Positions 16,616 through 27,231 of a DNA stretch of 64,000 bases are shown in pieces. Under the pieces are notes generated by a model, which was given only the letters and a program-made list of their open reading frames with translations, was not told the DNA's origin and did not search any database. Every line of letters starts with the position of its first letter. The first letter of the stretch is position 1. The position numbers and the translations under genes are program-made. Source of the DNA: a virus; IMG/VR virus record IMGVR_UViG_3300021977_000001. One strand, written 5' to 3'.

Positions 16616-19600
16616 ATGGCCGATGATATTAAATTCGATGACGACCTAGATGATGATCTAGGTGGCGACATGATGGACTTCGATCTTGAAGCCCAGAACG
16701 ATGATCGCAACCCCGCTACTATATTTAGACAAAGCGCGCTAGCTAGCGTAAAGACAACAGTTAGCGATCCTAGCTTTGTCGGTGATGTGGTAAAGAAATC
16801 ACTTCCCACTGGCTATAAATCTGCTTTGGATGTGGCTGATAATCTTGCAGGAGGGATCAAGACCACCTACAACGAATCAGTACAAGCCCTCAAACCATCT
16901 ATCGACGAATTCAAACGTAATGCTCAGGTCCATATACCTAAGCTTAAGAAAATCCTACCTGATAGCGTAGGTAATCGCGTCGAAGAGATGTTGAAGATCA
17001 AGCCTAAAATGGAAGATAGCGTACCGTCTAAAGAACAGATGGAAAACGCCGCTATGTCTTCTGATTTAGATAAGATATTCCAAGTTCAGGCTGCGTCTGT
17101 TCAAAGCCAACAAGACCAACAAGCCCAAGAACTACTTCAAAATACTATCTCTGAAGAACGTACTGCAGCGCGTCATGATGCTAACATGACTGCTAATGAG
17201 AGAATGATTAATGCGTTTAATCGTTTAGTTAGCTATCAAGATAGCATAACCTCTCAGTTCCAACGTCGTTTATTAGAATTAAACTATCGTCAGTATTTTG
17301 CTCAACGTGACTTAGTAGATATTGCACGAGCAGGCTTTACTGATCTTGCTAACGCGTTATCAGCGATCGTTAAAAACACAGCCTTGCCTGATGAAGCCAA
17401 AGTCAATTTATCTGAGACCTATGCGGATGAGGCACGATCGCGTCTTGCCGGACAGGCACTAGACCACGTTAGTACCCGTATTGCAGGCATTAGTCAGCGC
17501 GTACGTAGTACGTTGGGTCAGAAGGTTAAACAGCACGTTGATAACTTTAAAGAGGGGTTAAATCAAGGCTCTGCATTAATGGCTACGGCCGAGTCGATGC
17601 AGGGACTAGAAGGATTTGGTCCTAAGCAGACAGGCAATCAGAAAGCGGCGGACCTAGCAGGTAGTTTAGTTGGCGATACCATAGGTGAACGTATTGGTGC
17701 TAAGGTGAGTGATCTTGCAGGTCGTACGTTAGGACGTAATGAACGCGTTATGGCAATGTCTAATCGACTCCAAATGAACGCGGATAATATACCCGAACTA
17801 CTTAACCAGTACGCCAGAAGCGCAACCACATCTGACGGTGTTAGAGGCGGTATTGAGGATTTCTTAAAGAGCATCATAGGTACTGTTGGTGGCAACGATG
17901 GTGAAGTCTTACATAATCTCAAGCAAGAAGCCTTAACGGCTACCAGTTTCGATATCATGACCCGCCGTTCGATAGTCGAAATTATACCAGGTTACCTTTC
18001 ACGCATGCTTCAACAGTTAGAGATCTTTAACAATCAAGATCCTAACACTGAACGTTTACAATATAGCGTCGATGGTGAAGACTTTGTTAGAGCCTCTACA
18101 CAAGCTGATCGTGTTCGTGAAGCGGTATTCTCTACTAGAGATAGAGAACGTCTTAGCGAGTCCACAGTTGATGTTATTAACAGCATCGACCCAGAAGACG
18201 TATTAAGTGCAGATGCTAAAGAAGCATTCTCTATTCAGATCTTAACTGATCTTAGAAACGGACGTGGGTATTTCCCTGAACGCTATTATAAAGATAGCAC
18301 ATTTACAGAAGTAAGTGACAGTAACGTTATTGATGAAATTAGAGATTTCGTTAAAGAACGCTATACGATCAATAGCGAGGGTAAGGTAGGGTCTAATCTA
18401 ACCGCTACTCAAAACGCGTTGAAAGATAACCAAGCTGTTAAACGTCTACAAGACCATTTACCTAACTTACAAGAATCGGTAAATGAAGCTGTATCGGTAG
18501 GTGATAAAGACGCGTTACGCGAATCTGGGCTAATTACTAAGGCAGAAGACGGTGTTACCGATACAGTCGATAGCGGTGCGTTGTGGTCTATGATCCGTAA
18601 CGATATCTCTACAGTCGTAGATGGTAAGTCAGTGATGAGTCAGGAAAACACGTTTACTGAGACCCAGGTAGACGATACCCAGGTTATTCAGACCACGTTG
18701 AATGACTCTATACGTGACCTTGATCCTGAATCACAACAAGCCGTACGTGAATCGGTACAAGCGTTTACACAGGAAGTTGATCCAACGGACACATCAATAC
18801 CTACGTTAGATGTATGGTCTGCTATTCACGAGACCCTAATCCAGGGTAACGGTTTAACTACTGCATTAATCGCTCGTATTGATACGTGGATGAACCGCGA
18901 TCAAACAGTAGACGATATACAATCTACAGGCGGGGATGATCCATACATTCCATACCTAATGGCGCTTCAAGATAAAAGCGTAACCTCAGATACTACGTTA
19001 ACGGATATTAAACTTATCCTGACTGACCTATCTGCTAAGATCACCACATTAGGTGAAGGCGGTACCGGGGACGGTTCGACAGTAAAAGTAGGTCTGGGCG
19101 GTGTTCTAGGTAAAGGCCTAGATCTTGGTAAATCAGCAGTCACCAACACCATGGGTGCAGTTAAGTCGTACTATGGTGGATTGTTCAATCTAGGTGGTTC
19201 AGCACTATCTACCGCTAAAAATACCGTCATGGGTGGTGTCAACTTTGTTAGTAATAAACTAGGCAATATGCCTGGTGACCTTTATATAGCAGGACAGCAG
19301 ATCCCAACGCTTCTAGGGAGTAAGCTTAAACAAGGTAAATATATTGATGAAGCAACCGGCAAGGTGATTCAAAGTGCCAAAGATATAACGGGTGCTGTTA
19401 GAGATATAGATACTGGGGAGATTGTACTGTCAGTTGAAGACTACGCTAAAGGTCTATTCAACCGAGATGGTGTAAGTAAACTTACTGGTGCTGCTAAATC
19501 CATTATAAAAGCCCCTGTTGACTTTATACAAGGCTACTATCGTGGGCTATACGGCATAGGTGAGATGGCGGTTAAAGGCGTAGCTAACGTCTCCTCTGGC

Positions 19601-22600
19601 ATTGAAAATATGCTTAACCGCCATGGTGATGTTTACGTCAAAGGTGAAGATGGACCGCGCTTACTTAAGATATTACTAGACAAAGGGATGTACTATTCGT
19701 CTAGAACCGGTGAGGTAATACGCTCGCTAAAAGACATCGATGGTGATGTAGTCGATGCAGATGGTAACGTTGTATTATCGGTTGAAGATATCAAGAAAGG
19801 TTTAGTTGATGAATCAGGTCGTCGTATTGAAGTTAAGTCTTTATTAAACCGCGCATTAGAGTTTGGTAGAGATACGTTACAGGCGGGCGTAGGGATGGTA
19901 ACCGGTACGGTTAAACGTACAGGTAAATTCTTATTCGGCAGTAACGATGACGGCACGCCTCAAGGCGGGTTATTCTCACGTATAGGTGGGATGTTTAGCA
20001 CCATCACTGACAACGTAAAGGGACTGTTTACACGTAGTCATGAGATGCAGGCTAAAGAAGTCATTATCAACTCCGACCTAACTAAGGTATTTGGCCCCTG
20101 GATGGATGGTGATCCTAACGACCCTGACCACCCAACCACTCCACCAGATGGTGATAGCTTTGATCCAAGTACAGTAGCTAGTAATAGCGCGCAGCACTTT
20201 GAAAAGATCAAAAACACATCAACCTATCAGGGCGATAGCAAAATAACATCAGTACGCGCTGATACGCTAGCAGCTAACGATAGTGTGTTTAGATCGGACA
20301 ATAGATACGCGTCATCGGTAAATCAGCAGAGTAAGGAACAATCTTACTTTAGCGACCTTGTACAACGCGGCCAAAGTAAAGCAACAGATCTGGCTGAGCA
20401 AACCATGCTACGTGTCAATGAAATGACAACAGGGTTATATTCTCAAATTAGCGAGAATGATACCTTAAACCAAAACGTGGTAAGCTTAGTTGATACTACC
20501 AAGGACGCATACACCACGGTTTCAGATAAAGCAACCGACGCATCTTTACAAGTTAAAGATTCAGTCGAAAGCTTAAAAGAAACTATACTTGATACCTTTA
20601 AGAAAGAGAAGGTGTTAGGCGATTCAGACGGTGATGGTATCCGTGATGGTAGCTATTTAGATCAACGTAATAAGGAAACGTTAGCTGAGAAAGCAAAAGC
20701 ATCAATTGCTAAGTCAGCACCTGGCGCAGCGGTGTTAGGTGGAGTGGCTGGATTCTTAGGCGGTCTTAAAGATAAGATTAAAGGATTTAGCTTATTTGGA
20801 GATGACGAAGAGGACGGTAGTTTCTTTGGTGATGTAGCTGGTGATGCGGCTAGTGAGATAGCAGGCGATGCCATTGGAGACCAGTTCGATAGGGATAGTC
20901 GTGAAGGTCGTAAGGCGCGCCGACAGGCTGCTAGAGAAGCTAGGCAAAGTGCTAAACCAGGCAAGCGTGGTATCTTTAGCAAGATTAAATCATTAGGCGG
21001 TCGTGCCATGAGTGGTTTAGGTAGTCTTGTTAAAACACCAGGCCGTGCTATACTTGGTGCTGGTACAGCCTTAGCGGGTATGGCAGGCGGTGCTATTAAA
21101 GGTGTTGGTGGTCTTGCTGTTAAAGGCGCTAGTGCTTTAGGCGGTGCGGGTAGTGCGTTAGCTACATTAGGTCGTGTCGGTCTAGCGGTGGCACGTGTAG
21201 CTTCAGGTCCGGTAGGATGGGCTGCTACTGCGCTATGGGGTGCTTATAAAGGCGCTCAATACCTTAACAGTAGAAGCGATGCTGATCCAATAGAAGATAT
21301 GCGTTTTAAACAAATGGGTATCAATACGGATGAAGGTGCACAACTACGTGCTATTCGTTTACTAGAGGAAGAGTCGTTAGATAATATTGAATTTAACGAC
21401 CGTGGCGAGGCTTTTCTACCTAAGGTGGATTATAACGATCTTATTGAAGAGCATGGAGAACGCTTCAATGTAGATAAGAACAATCCACGAAACCTTGAAG
21501 CCTTTGTACGTTGGTATGAAGGAACCTTTAAACCTACTCTACTCACCTATGCTACGTTAGCTAATCGTGTGGAAGAGGATATGGATGTTGATGATCTGGA
21601 TGATGATTTACCAGAAGATCAGCTGGTACCTTTCACCAAGAAGGCATATGAGCTTTTAGAGAGTTCACCTGCTATAGGTAATACTTCACCTTACTTTGAT
21701 CAGACCGTTACCCGTTCATCGGTTGATGAGCAGTATAGACGCGTTATGCAGGAGTATGGTGGAGAAGTAGATCTACCCAAGGGCGAAGCTGAGGTCGATA
21801 CGACCACACCAACCTATACACCACCTCCGGTTAAAGAAGTAGCGGTTCCTGAAACGGTAGTTAAAGAGCCTGACGATCAACTTACTCGCAAGTTGAAAGC
21901 GGCTGCTGTTGTTACCGGTGCAGGTGTGGTAGGCGCAGGTATGATAGGAGGTGGTTCAACTAACACGTCTTATCAAAGACTTGGTAATCGGTCTAACTAC
22001 CGCACTGTAAATACAACGGCACTCGGTGTAACGATGGGTGGTGCGATGGCGGTTAATACAGACAGCTATAGCACCATTAATACATCCGATGTGAAAACGG
22101 TTAACCCAATTGTTCAGCGAGAAGTCAAAACGACACCTAATGTTTATAATCTAGACGGTAGTCTACGCCTGACACCTGAGGAGATAGAAACAAGAAAACA
22201 TACCTACAATGACAATGTTGATACAAGGAATTTAACTTCTATCAACAATTTATCATCACAAGACTTTACCGGTAAGGCAATGTATCGTGATGATAACGCG
22301 ACCGTAGATACGTCTAATATCTATCGTGTTAATTTAGACGAGGTTATTAATCAACAACGTCTACGTAACCAGCAAGCAGTGCTGCGTGAAGAAGAACACG
22401 AGCGAGTGGTACTGGACGATCACATTGGTATGGTAAATCAAATTGCCGACAAGCGTATAAGCGCAGTTGATGCTCATCAGCAAATGTACTCTGAATTAGC
22501 CACGGAACAATTAGGACATATAGGTGCTATCCTAAATGAATCGCTCTATGTACAACAGTCCATGGATGATACGTTAAGACGCATCTATAAACACCTAAAA

Positions 22601-22756
22601 GGTGATGAAGAGTTACCAGTGGGTCAAAAGCCAACTAGCGGTGGTGAAGCAGCAGCCGAGCGTGCTAAGGAGCGTCAAGCTGCGGCTAGACGTAAACAGT
22701 TAGCCACCCAACGTCAACGTTCAGCCCCACCAGTAGGTATGGGTAAAACAGGTTAG
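16616..22756 (+). CDS. tail tape-measure/tail-associated protein (phiKZ gp181/SPN3US gp239-like), 2046 aa
   Basis: Divergent from the beta-prime gene as gp181 is; acidic N-terminus DFDL..DDRNP, Gly-rich helical segments, two ~65-aa internal repeats (DLYIAG..VLSVEDYAKGL / DVYVKG..VLSVEDIKKGL). Confidence 0.8.
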   Translation: MADDIKFDDDLDDDLGGDMMDFDLEAQNDDRNPATIFRQSALASVKTTVSDPSFVGDVVKKSLPTGYKSALDVADNLAGGIKTTYNESVQALKPSIDEFKRNAQVHIPKLKKILPDSVGNRVEEMLKIKPKMEDSVPSKEQMENAAMSSDLDKIFQVQAASVQSQQDQQAQELLQNTISEERTAARHDANMTANERMINAFNRLVSYQDSITSQFQRRLLELNYRQYFAQRDLVDIARAGFTDLANALSAIVKNTALPDEAKVNLSETYADEARSRLAGQALDHVSTRIAGISQRVRSTLGQKVKQHVDNFKEGLNQGSALMATAESMQGLEGFGPKQTGNQKAADLAGSLVGDTIGERIGAKVSDLAGRTLGRNERVMAMSNRLQMNADNIPELLNQYARSATTSDGVRGGIEDFLKSIIGTVGGNDGEVLHNLKQEALTATSFDIMTRRSIVEIIPGYLSRMLQQLEIFNNQDPNTERLQYSVDGEDFVRASTQADRVREAVFSTRDRERLSESTVDVINSIDPEDVLSADAKEAFSIQILTDLRNGRGYFPERYYKDSTFTEVSDSNVIDEIRDFVKERYTINSEGKVGSNLTATQNALKDNQAVKRLQDHLPNLQESVNEAVSVGDKDALRESGLITKAEDGVTDTVDSGALWSMIRNDISTVVDGKSVMSQENTFTETQVDDTQVIQTTLNDSIRDLDPESQQAVRESVQAFTQEVDPTDTSIPTLDVWSAIHETLIQGNGLTTALIARIDTWMNRDQTVDDIQSTGGDDPYIPYLMALQDKSVTSDTTLTDIKLILTDLSAKITTLGEGGTGDGSTVKVGLGGVLGKGLDLGKSAVTNTMGAVKSYYGGLFNLGGSALSTAKNTVMGGVNFVSNKLGNMPGDLYIAGQQIPTLLGSKLKQGKYIDEATGKVIQSAKDITGAVRDIDTGEIVLSVEDYAKGLFNRDGVSKLTGAAKSIIKAPVDFIQGYYRGLYGIGEMAVKGVANVSSGIENMLNRHGDVYVKGEDGPRLLKILLDKGMYYSSRTGEVIRSLKDIDGDVVDADGNVVLSVEDIKKGLVDESGRRIEVKSLLNRALEFGRDTLQAGVGMVTGTVKRTGKFLFGSNDDGTPQGGLFSRIGGMFSTITDNVKGLFTRSHEMQAKEVIINSDLTKVFGPWMDGDPNDPDHPTTPPDGDSFDPSTVASNSAQHFEKIKNTSTYQGDSKITSVRADTLAANDSVFRSDNRYASSVNQQSKEQSYFSDLVQRGQSKATDLAEQTMLRVNEMTTGLYSQISENDTLNQNVVSLVDTTKDAYTTVSDKATDASLQVKDSVESLKETILDTFKKEKVLGDSDGDGIRDGSYLDQRNKETLAEKAKASIAKSAPGAAVLGGVAGFLGGLKDKIKGFSLFGDDEEDGSFFGDVAGDAASEIAGDAIGDQFDRDSREGRKARRQAAREARQSAKPGKRGIFSKIKSLGGRAMSGLGSLVKTPGRAILGAGTALAGMAGGAIKGVGGLAVKGASALGGAGSALATLGRVGLAVARVASGPVGWAATALWGAYKGAQYLNSRSDADPIEDMRFKQMGINTDEGAQLRAIRLLEEESLDNIEFNDRGEAFLPKVDYNDLIEEHGERFNVDKNNPRNLEAFVRWYEGTFKPTLLTYATLANRVEEDMDVDDLDDDLPEDQLVPFTKKAYELLESSPAIGNTSPYFDQTVTRSSVDEQYRRVMQEYGGEVDLPKGEAEVDTTTPTYTPPPVKEVAVPETVVKEPDDQLTRKLKAAAVVTGAGVVGAGMIGGGSTNTSYQRLGNRSNYRTVNTTALGVTMGGAMAVNTDSYSTINTSDVKTVNPIVQREVKTTPNVYNLDGSLRLTPEEIETRKHTYNDNVDTRNLTSINNLSSQDFTGKAMYRDDNATVDTSNIYRVNLDEVINQQRLRNQQAVLREEEHERVVLDDHIGMVNQIADKRISAVDAHQQMYSELATEQLGHIGAILNESLYVQQSMDDTLRRIYKHLKGDEELPVGQKPTSGGEAAAERAKERQAAARRKQLATQRQRSAPPVGMGKTG

Positions 22757-22822
22757 GAGTAGCCAGACAAGGACGTCACCTCTTAATACCTATAATCAAA
22801 CTAATTCTTTAAGGAAACCGTT

Positions 22823-24697
22823 ATGGCTATTCTTTCAGATATCTTGGAAGACACGGCATGGTTAAGGCAGGCGTTTTTATTACGTCGGTCAGACATTGAT
22901 GATGTCGATAAGAAACGTCGCGTGTTTTCAATGGCATCCACTAAATACACGGATACCACGTTAGGTGGTAATTATACCATCAACAACCCGCCTCAATTTA
23001 CTCGCCATGCTGATATTAAAGCAAAGGCACCCTTTAGCCCGTCTAAGGGCATGGGGCGTTATTATAGTGAAGCAATAGACGATAACTCTATCACTCTACA
23101 TATGCGTTTTGGCGTAGCTGAGTATAACTCATTAACTACGTTTTTCACTAACTTCTTTGATAGCTCTATGGGGACGTTAGCGCGTACCGGTGAATCTACA
23201 GGAGTATTGTACAACATTGGTAAAGTAGCGGGATTCCTATTTGCTATCCCTTTACTTCCTTTTGTAGTAGCAGGGCGTATTTATCGATTCTTAGATGATA
23301 AACCGTACAGTAAATACTACTACCTTAAACCCACCATGCCTCTTTACTGGGGTGCGGTTAACACCATTGTTAATAACCTAGCGGTTAATATGGGTCTGAT
23401 AGGGGCAGCCGATATCGATTCCTACACCGTCAATGCTGAGGGTAAGGCAGAGCCTAATTACGAGGCAGGGTTAACGTCTAAAGAAATAGAAGCGTTTAAT
23501 AAACTCTTACCTGATGTCTTTCGAGGGGATGGAGGGGTTGATATCTACGCTATCGCTAACCGTGCTCAGCGTATTCGTAATCGACAGATTGTCTTACAGC
23601 AGGCTGCTTTACAAAATGCCACAACCAGCGATGGTCTAGCCAGCGCTGCTACTAGGCTAACTGAGCAGGATATTGGACCAGTGCCAGCAGGTTCGTCACT
23701 TAAAGCCTATATGGCGCGCTATCATTCGACGTCGATGGCGCGCGGTGCTGATGCCGATAAGGAGAAACAAGACCCCATTGGTTCTTGGGAATCTGGGTTC
23801 TTTGAGCATTTATCCAGTGAATTATCAGATGGTTCACATTGGGTAAGTTTCAAAGTTAATCCTGACCGTTCTATTAACGAATCGTTTAGTAACACAACTG
23901 GCGAGTCTGATATAGCTAGTAAGATTAACGGTATGTCGTCCTCAGCACGCTCTGCAAGGTTTTCTACCTTAGATGGTAATATCGGTGACGGTGTTATCTC
24001 GGGCGCTATAGAGGGGATTATAGGTGGCGCTAAGGATGTATTAGCAGGTGTAGCCGATGGTGTAGGCTTATCTGGATTAGCAGCATTAGGTGGTAGTGCG
24101 TTTGTTGATATCCCTGAACACTGGCAGGATTCAGTTGCTGAGCTCCCTAGTGAATCTTACACGCTTGAATTAAGAGCACCGTACGGTAACAAGATGAGTA
24201 TATTTACAAACATCTATGTTCCACTAGCGATGATCCTAGCAGGTGCTTTGCCTCTATCTACCGGTGCGCAGTCGTATACAAGTCCTTTCCTTTGCGACTT
24301 GTTTGTTAAAGGACGTCAACAGTCTAGACTATCTATTATTGACAGCGTGTCTATTACTCGTGGCGTGGGTAATATAGGCTGGTCTGTAGATCATCTACCC
24401 ACCGGTATTGATGTTACTATTTCTATCAAGGATCTATCTACGGTCATGCACATGCCATTAAACGATAGTCCTGGGCTGTTTGATGATGATTCTGCGTTTA
24501 GTGATTACATGGGTATATTAGGTGGTCTTGGTCTAACTGAACAGTTTTATCCTGTTCAGAAACTCAAACGTCGCTTTGTACAAGCAGCGCAAGAGTTTGA
24601 CAAATGGACATCACCTGCGTTCTATGCGCAGCATGTCTCAGCGTCTATTCCTGGACGTATATTAGCAGCAGTAGCACGTAACACCGGACGTGGTTAA
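22823..24697 (+). CDS. virion tail/baseplate protein (phiKZ gp182/SPN3US gp238-like), 624 aa
   Basis: Directly follows the tape-measure gene; DTTLGGNYTINNPPQFTRHAD and ELRAPYGN motifs resemble this family. Confidence 0.7.
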   Translation: MAILSDILEDTAWLRQAFLLRRSDIDDVDKKRRVFSMASTKYTDTTLGGNYTINNPPQFTRHADIKAKAPFSPSKGMGRYYSEAIDDNSITLHMRFGVAEYNSLTTFFTNFFDSSMGTLARTGESTGVLYNIGKVAGFLFAIPLLPFVVAGRIYRFLDDKPYSKYYYLKPTMPLYWGAVNTIVNNLAVNMGLIGAADIDSYTVNAEGKAEPNYEAGLTSKEIEAFNKLLPDVFRGDGGVDIYAIANRAQRIRNRQIVLQQAALQNATTSDGLASAATRLTEQDIGPVPAGSSLKAYMARYHSTSMARGADADKEKQDPIGSWESGFFEHLSSELSDGSHWVSFKVNPDRSINESFSNTTGESDIASKINGMSSSARSARFSTLDGNIGDGVISGAIEGIIGGAKDVLAGVADGVGLSGLAALGGSAFVDIPEHWQDSVAELPSESYTLELRAPYGNKMSIFTNIYVPLAMILAGALPLSTGAQSYTSPFLCDLFVKGRQQSRLSIIDSVSITRGVGNIGWSVDHLPTGIDVTISIKDLSTVMHMPLNDSPGLFDDDSAFSDYMGILGGLGLTEQFYPVQKLKRRFVQAAQEFDKWTSPAFYAQHVSASIPGRILAAVARNTGRG

Positions 24698-24698
24698 T

Positions 24699-24748
24699 AC
24701 GGCATAACCTACCTCTACCCATATTAGGTAGAGGTAAGGTTTTATGCG
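24699..24748. terminator. Bidirectional hairpin between convergent genes
   Basis: CTACCTCTACC/GGTAGAGGTA stem at 24709-24736; ACGGCATA on the left and TTTATGCGG on the right. Confidence 0.8.
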
Positions 24749-25707
24749 GTTAGACCGTTAGCGTAGTTTGTTTTATTAAAACGTTGAAGCAGTGTTGACT
24801 GACTTTCGCTAGGCGTTGACTCTGCAATCATTATAGCAGTAGAGGTTTCTTGTTGCGTAGATAATACTTTCTTAGCATCATCAGACATACCACGAAGACT
24901 ACTCACATCCTGCACGCTATCACCTAGTGTATCGCTTTTCATCCAAGAAGGATCTATTGTTTTAATCTGACCAATTAACGTCGCGCCTGCAGCAGCATAA
25001 GCGTTGGGATTACTCTCATTAGCAAGGCTGTAGTTCTTTAATAACGTATTAACAATATTAGGACTTTGTGCTTTAAGCTTCTCAGATCCTACCAGACGAG
25101 ATAAAGAAGCTAAGCTAGCCGCGTCACCTTTTTTAGCCGCAACAATACCCTGCTTAGCAATACGGGTAGCGTTAAAATCTAAACCTGCTACGTCGGCAAG
25201 ACAGTCTATTAGACCAGCTAGGCCTAGTAGCAACGCTTCAAGTAATAATGTATCGTTAACCGCTCTTGCAGTAGTTCTATCTTCAATACCCAACCCACTA
25301 CAAACTCCATGGATCTGCTCAACCATGGCTTGAAACTTCTTAGACTCATTAAGTTCAGTAGTGATACCTTTTACAATAGTACCGTCTAATAGTTTAACCG
25401 TTTTCTGCCCTACTGTGCTATCTTCCTTTAAGAAGGTATTAAGGTTCTTAACGGCGGTCGCACTTAAGTTACTAATGGAAAAGGTAGAGCCCGTTGCTGA
25501 CGATATATCACTACTTGATGCAGTAGTAGCAGCTTTGCTCTTTACTTCCGTCACCGCCCGTTCTATAGCGCTACCGCTCTTATTAGCGGGTTTGCTAATG
25601 CTATCGACTAGCGACGATGAACTAGGAGCATTGCTCGCTCCGTCGCCAGGTGTGAATAAGTCCACTACCTTAGGAAGTGATTTCGTTGCCGTGGTAAATA
25701 AACTCAT
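24742..25707 (-). CDS. putative virion structural protein (~321 aa; start reassigned to MSLFTT)
   Basis: GGAG RBS before ATG 25707; the track's upstream part overlaps a hairpin and U-tract at 25727-25777; Ser/Thr-rich N-terminus. Confidence 0.65.
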   Translation of the reverse strand: MSLFTTATKSLPKVVDLFTPGDGASNAPSSSSLVDSISKPANKSGSAIERAVTEVKSKAATTASSSDISSATGSTFSISNLSATAVKNLNTFLKEDSTVGQKTVKLLDGTIVKGITTELNESKKFQAMVEQIHGVCSGLGIEDRTTARAVNDTLLLEALLLGLAGLIDCLADVAGLDFNATRIAKQGIVAAKKGDAASLASLSRLVGSEKLKAQSPNIVNTLLKNYSLANESNPNAYAAAGATLIGQIKTIDPSWMKSDTLGDSVQDVSSLRGMSDDAKKVLSTQQETSTAIMIAESTPSESQSTLLQRFNKTNYANGLTA

Positions 25708-25816
25708 TAAAGGACTCCTTGCGGACAAAAAAGAAACAATACAATGGTCGGACCTGCCTGGGTTAGAGACAGGTCGACGCATCGTTAATTTTAGTAAAGG
25801 GCTTTACTTTTGTATT

Positions 25817-26212
25817 TTAATCTTCACCTGAGTCAGGTTCATGATGTTCTGAGAATTGAAGTTCTACACTATGTTCGGTTACTTTCTTACGAATCGTTAA
25901 CTGAACGCTAAAACGTATCCGTGTTGCACCTAAAAAGCGCATCATCTTTAGAAACGTTTTAATCGTCATTGGGTCAGAGGCCATTTGTTTATTAATATTG
26001 CCTCTTGCCGTATGACGGGGTTTACCTGTACGTGGAAGTTCGTTGATAGGATCGTTGAGATACGTATCCATGCGACGGTTCCATCCCATAGGTGTGATAT
26101 TAAAATCATCTAATATAACACGGAACAAGCGACTTAACGCACCTCTTGCTGCTAGTGTTTTCTTATTAGGGTCTTGTAATATCTCATGCACGCGAAATTT
26201 GTCATCAACCAT
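25817..26212 (-). CDS. conserved basic hypothetical protein of phiKZ-like phages (131 aa)
   Basis: RGALSRLFR..ARGNINKQM..MTIKTFLKMMRFL motif. Confidence 0.7.
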   Translation of the reverse strand: MVDDKFRVHEILQDPNKKTLAARGALSRLFRVILDDFNITPMGWNRRMDTYLNDPINELPRTGKPRHTARGNINKQMASDPMTIKTFLKMMRFLGATRIRFSVQLTIRKKVTEHSVELQFSEHHEPDSGED

Positions 26213-26735
26213 AGTCGTTTAAAATCACTTTTTCAAGTGCCTCCAGCATTTGTCCTATATCTTGAAATAAACGCATCATCCGTCGGGAGTAATAACTGTA
26301 CCGCGCAGTATCTTCTTTCTCCATGATTAACATACTATCATGAATAGGTCTAACTGCTTCAGTTATAGCGTCCCAAAACCGTTGGATATCGATGTCGTAT
26401 TGCTCGTCATCTACCAGCCAGGCGTCCAAGGTTAAGGTGGTGCGTTTGGTGCTAACAGGTATTGCTTCCACAGGAATCTCTTCCTTGTTTTCAATAGCCT
26501 GCTTTACAATGTTTATGAATGCCATCATTTGCCCTGCATTAGCATGCCAGACAATTAACGTGATAGCTTTACCGTCCTTAGGTCGGTAAAAAGCAAAGTC
26601 TTGAGCGGTATAAAGAGAGACCAAACCACCAAGGATCTTTGCATTCATATTATTACGCATGGTTTTAAACTGGGTGCGAAATAACACAATACGCAACCAT
26701 AGTTTAATGCGATACCAGCGAGAGGGTAATGTCAT
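26205..26735 (-). CDS. hypothetical protein (176 aa)
   Basis: GAGGT RBS; early promoter at 26772-26783. Confidence 0.7.
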   Translation of the reverse strand: MTLPSRWYRIKLWLRIVLFRTQFKTMRNNMNAKILGGLVSLYTAQDFAFYRPKDGKAITLIVWHANAGQMMAFINIVKQAIENKEEIPVEAIPVSTKRTTLTLDAWLVDDEQYDIDIQRFWDAITEAVRPIHDSMLIMEKEDTARYSYYSRRMMRLFQDIGQMLEALEKVILNDYG

Positions 26736-26771
26736 AGTTACCTCATTACTATATTATCATCACTCACCACA

Positions 26772-26783
26772 GTAATATAGGTG
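26772..26783 (-). promoter_or_regulatory. phiKZ-type early promoter CACCTATATTAC
   Basis: GTAATATAGGTG in the divergent intergenic gap. Confidence 0.75.
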
Positions 26784-26814
26784 AATAATTTATACGAATC
26801 TTAGGGAGGCGAAT

Positions 26815-27231
26815 ATGTCTTTACTTGATACATTAAAAACCCCATCTGAAGACGAGGTCCTTACCGCAACCCAAAAGGCCCGTATGGCGCTACTAGAAAA
26901 CATGACCAAAGACGGTATACCGGAGTGTAACCGTGATCGACGCGTCATGTTAGAGTTATTAAACGGTGCTGATACTACAGCACTAGCCATGAAACGTATG
27001 GAGCAAGACTCTAAGCAAAGCGAGCAAGATAACGCTGCTGCTATCATGGCCGCTAAGATCATGGCTAAGACTGGCGGTAATAATCCGTTTGCAGGCGGTG
27101 CAGGTAACGGTGAGAAAGTTATTAACACGCTACCTGAAGGCGCTTTACCTGAACCTGAACTTGTTGACGGCGAGTTAGACGTAGGTGTTAGCGACCTTAA
27201 CTACGAAGACTTTATGAAGAAATACGATTAG
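26815..27231 (+). CDS. hypothetical protein (138 aa), acidic C-terminus
   Basis: GGGAGG RBS; helical N-terminal part and Gly-rich linker. Confidence 0.75.
   Translation: MSLLDTLKTPSEDEVLTATQKARMALLENMTKDGIPECNRDRRVMLELLNGADTTALAMKRMEQDSKQSEQDNAAAIMAAKIMAKTGGNNPFAGGAGNGEKVINTLPEGALPEPELVDGELDVGVSDLNYEDFMKKYD

Noticed and set aside
19551-19558. ACGGCATA inside the tape-measure gene
   Set aside because: Coding context (YGIG) with no adjacent hairpin; treated as a background occurrence of the octamer
25361-25831. 156-aa plus-strand ORF
   Set aside because: It is the antisense shadow of a Ser/Thr/Ala-rich gene, crosses a terminator and has no RBS or recognisable motif
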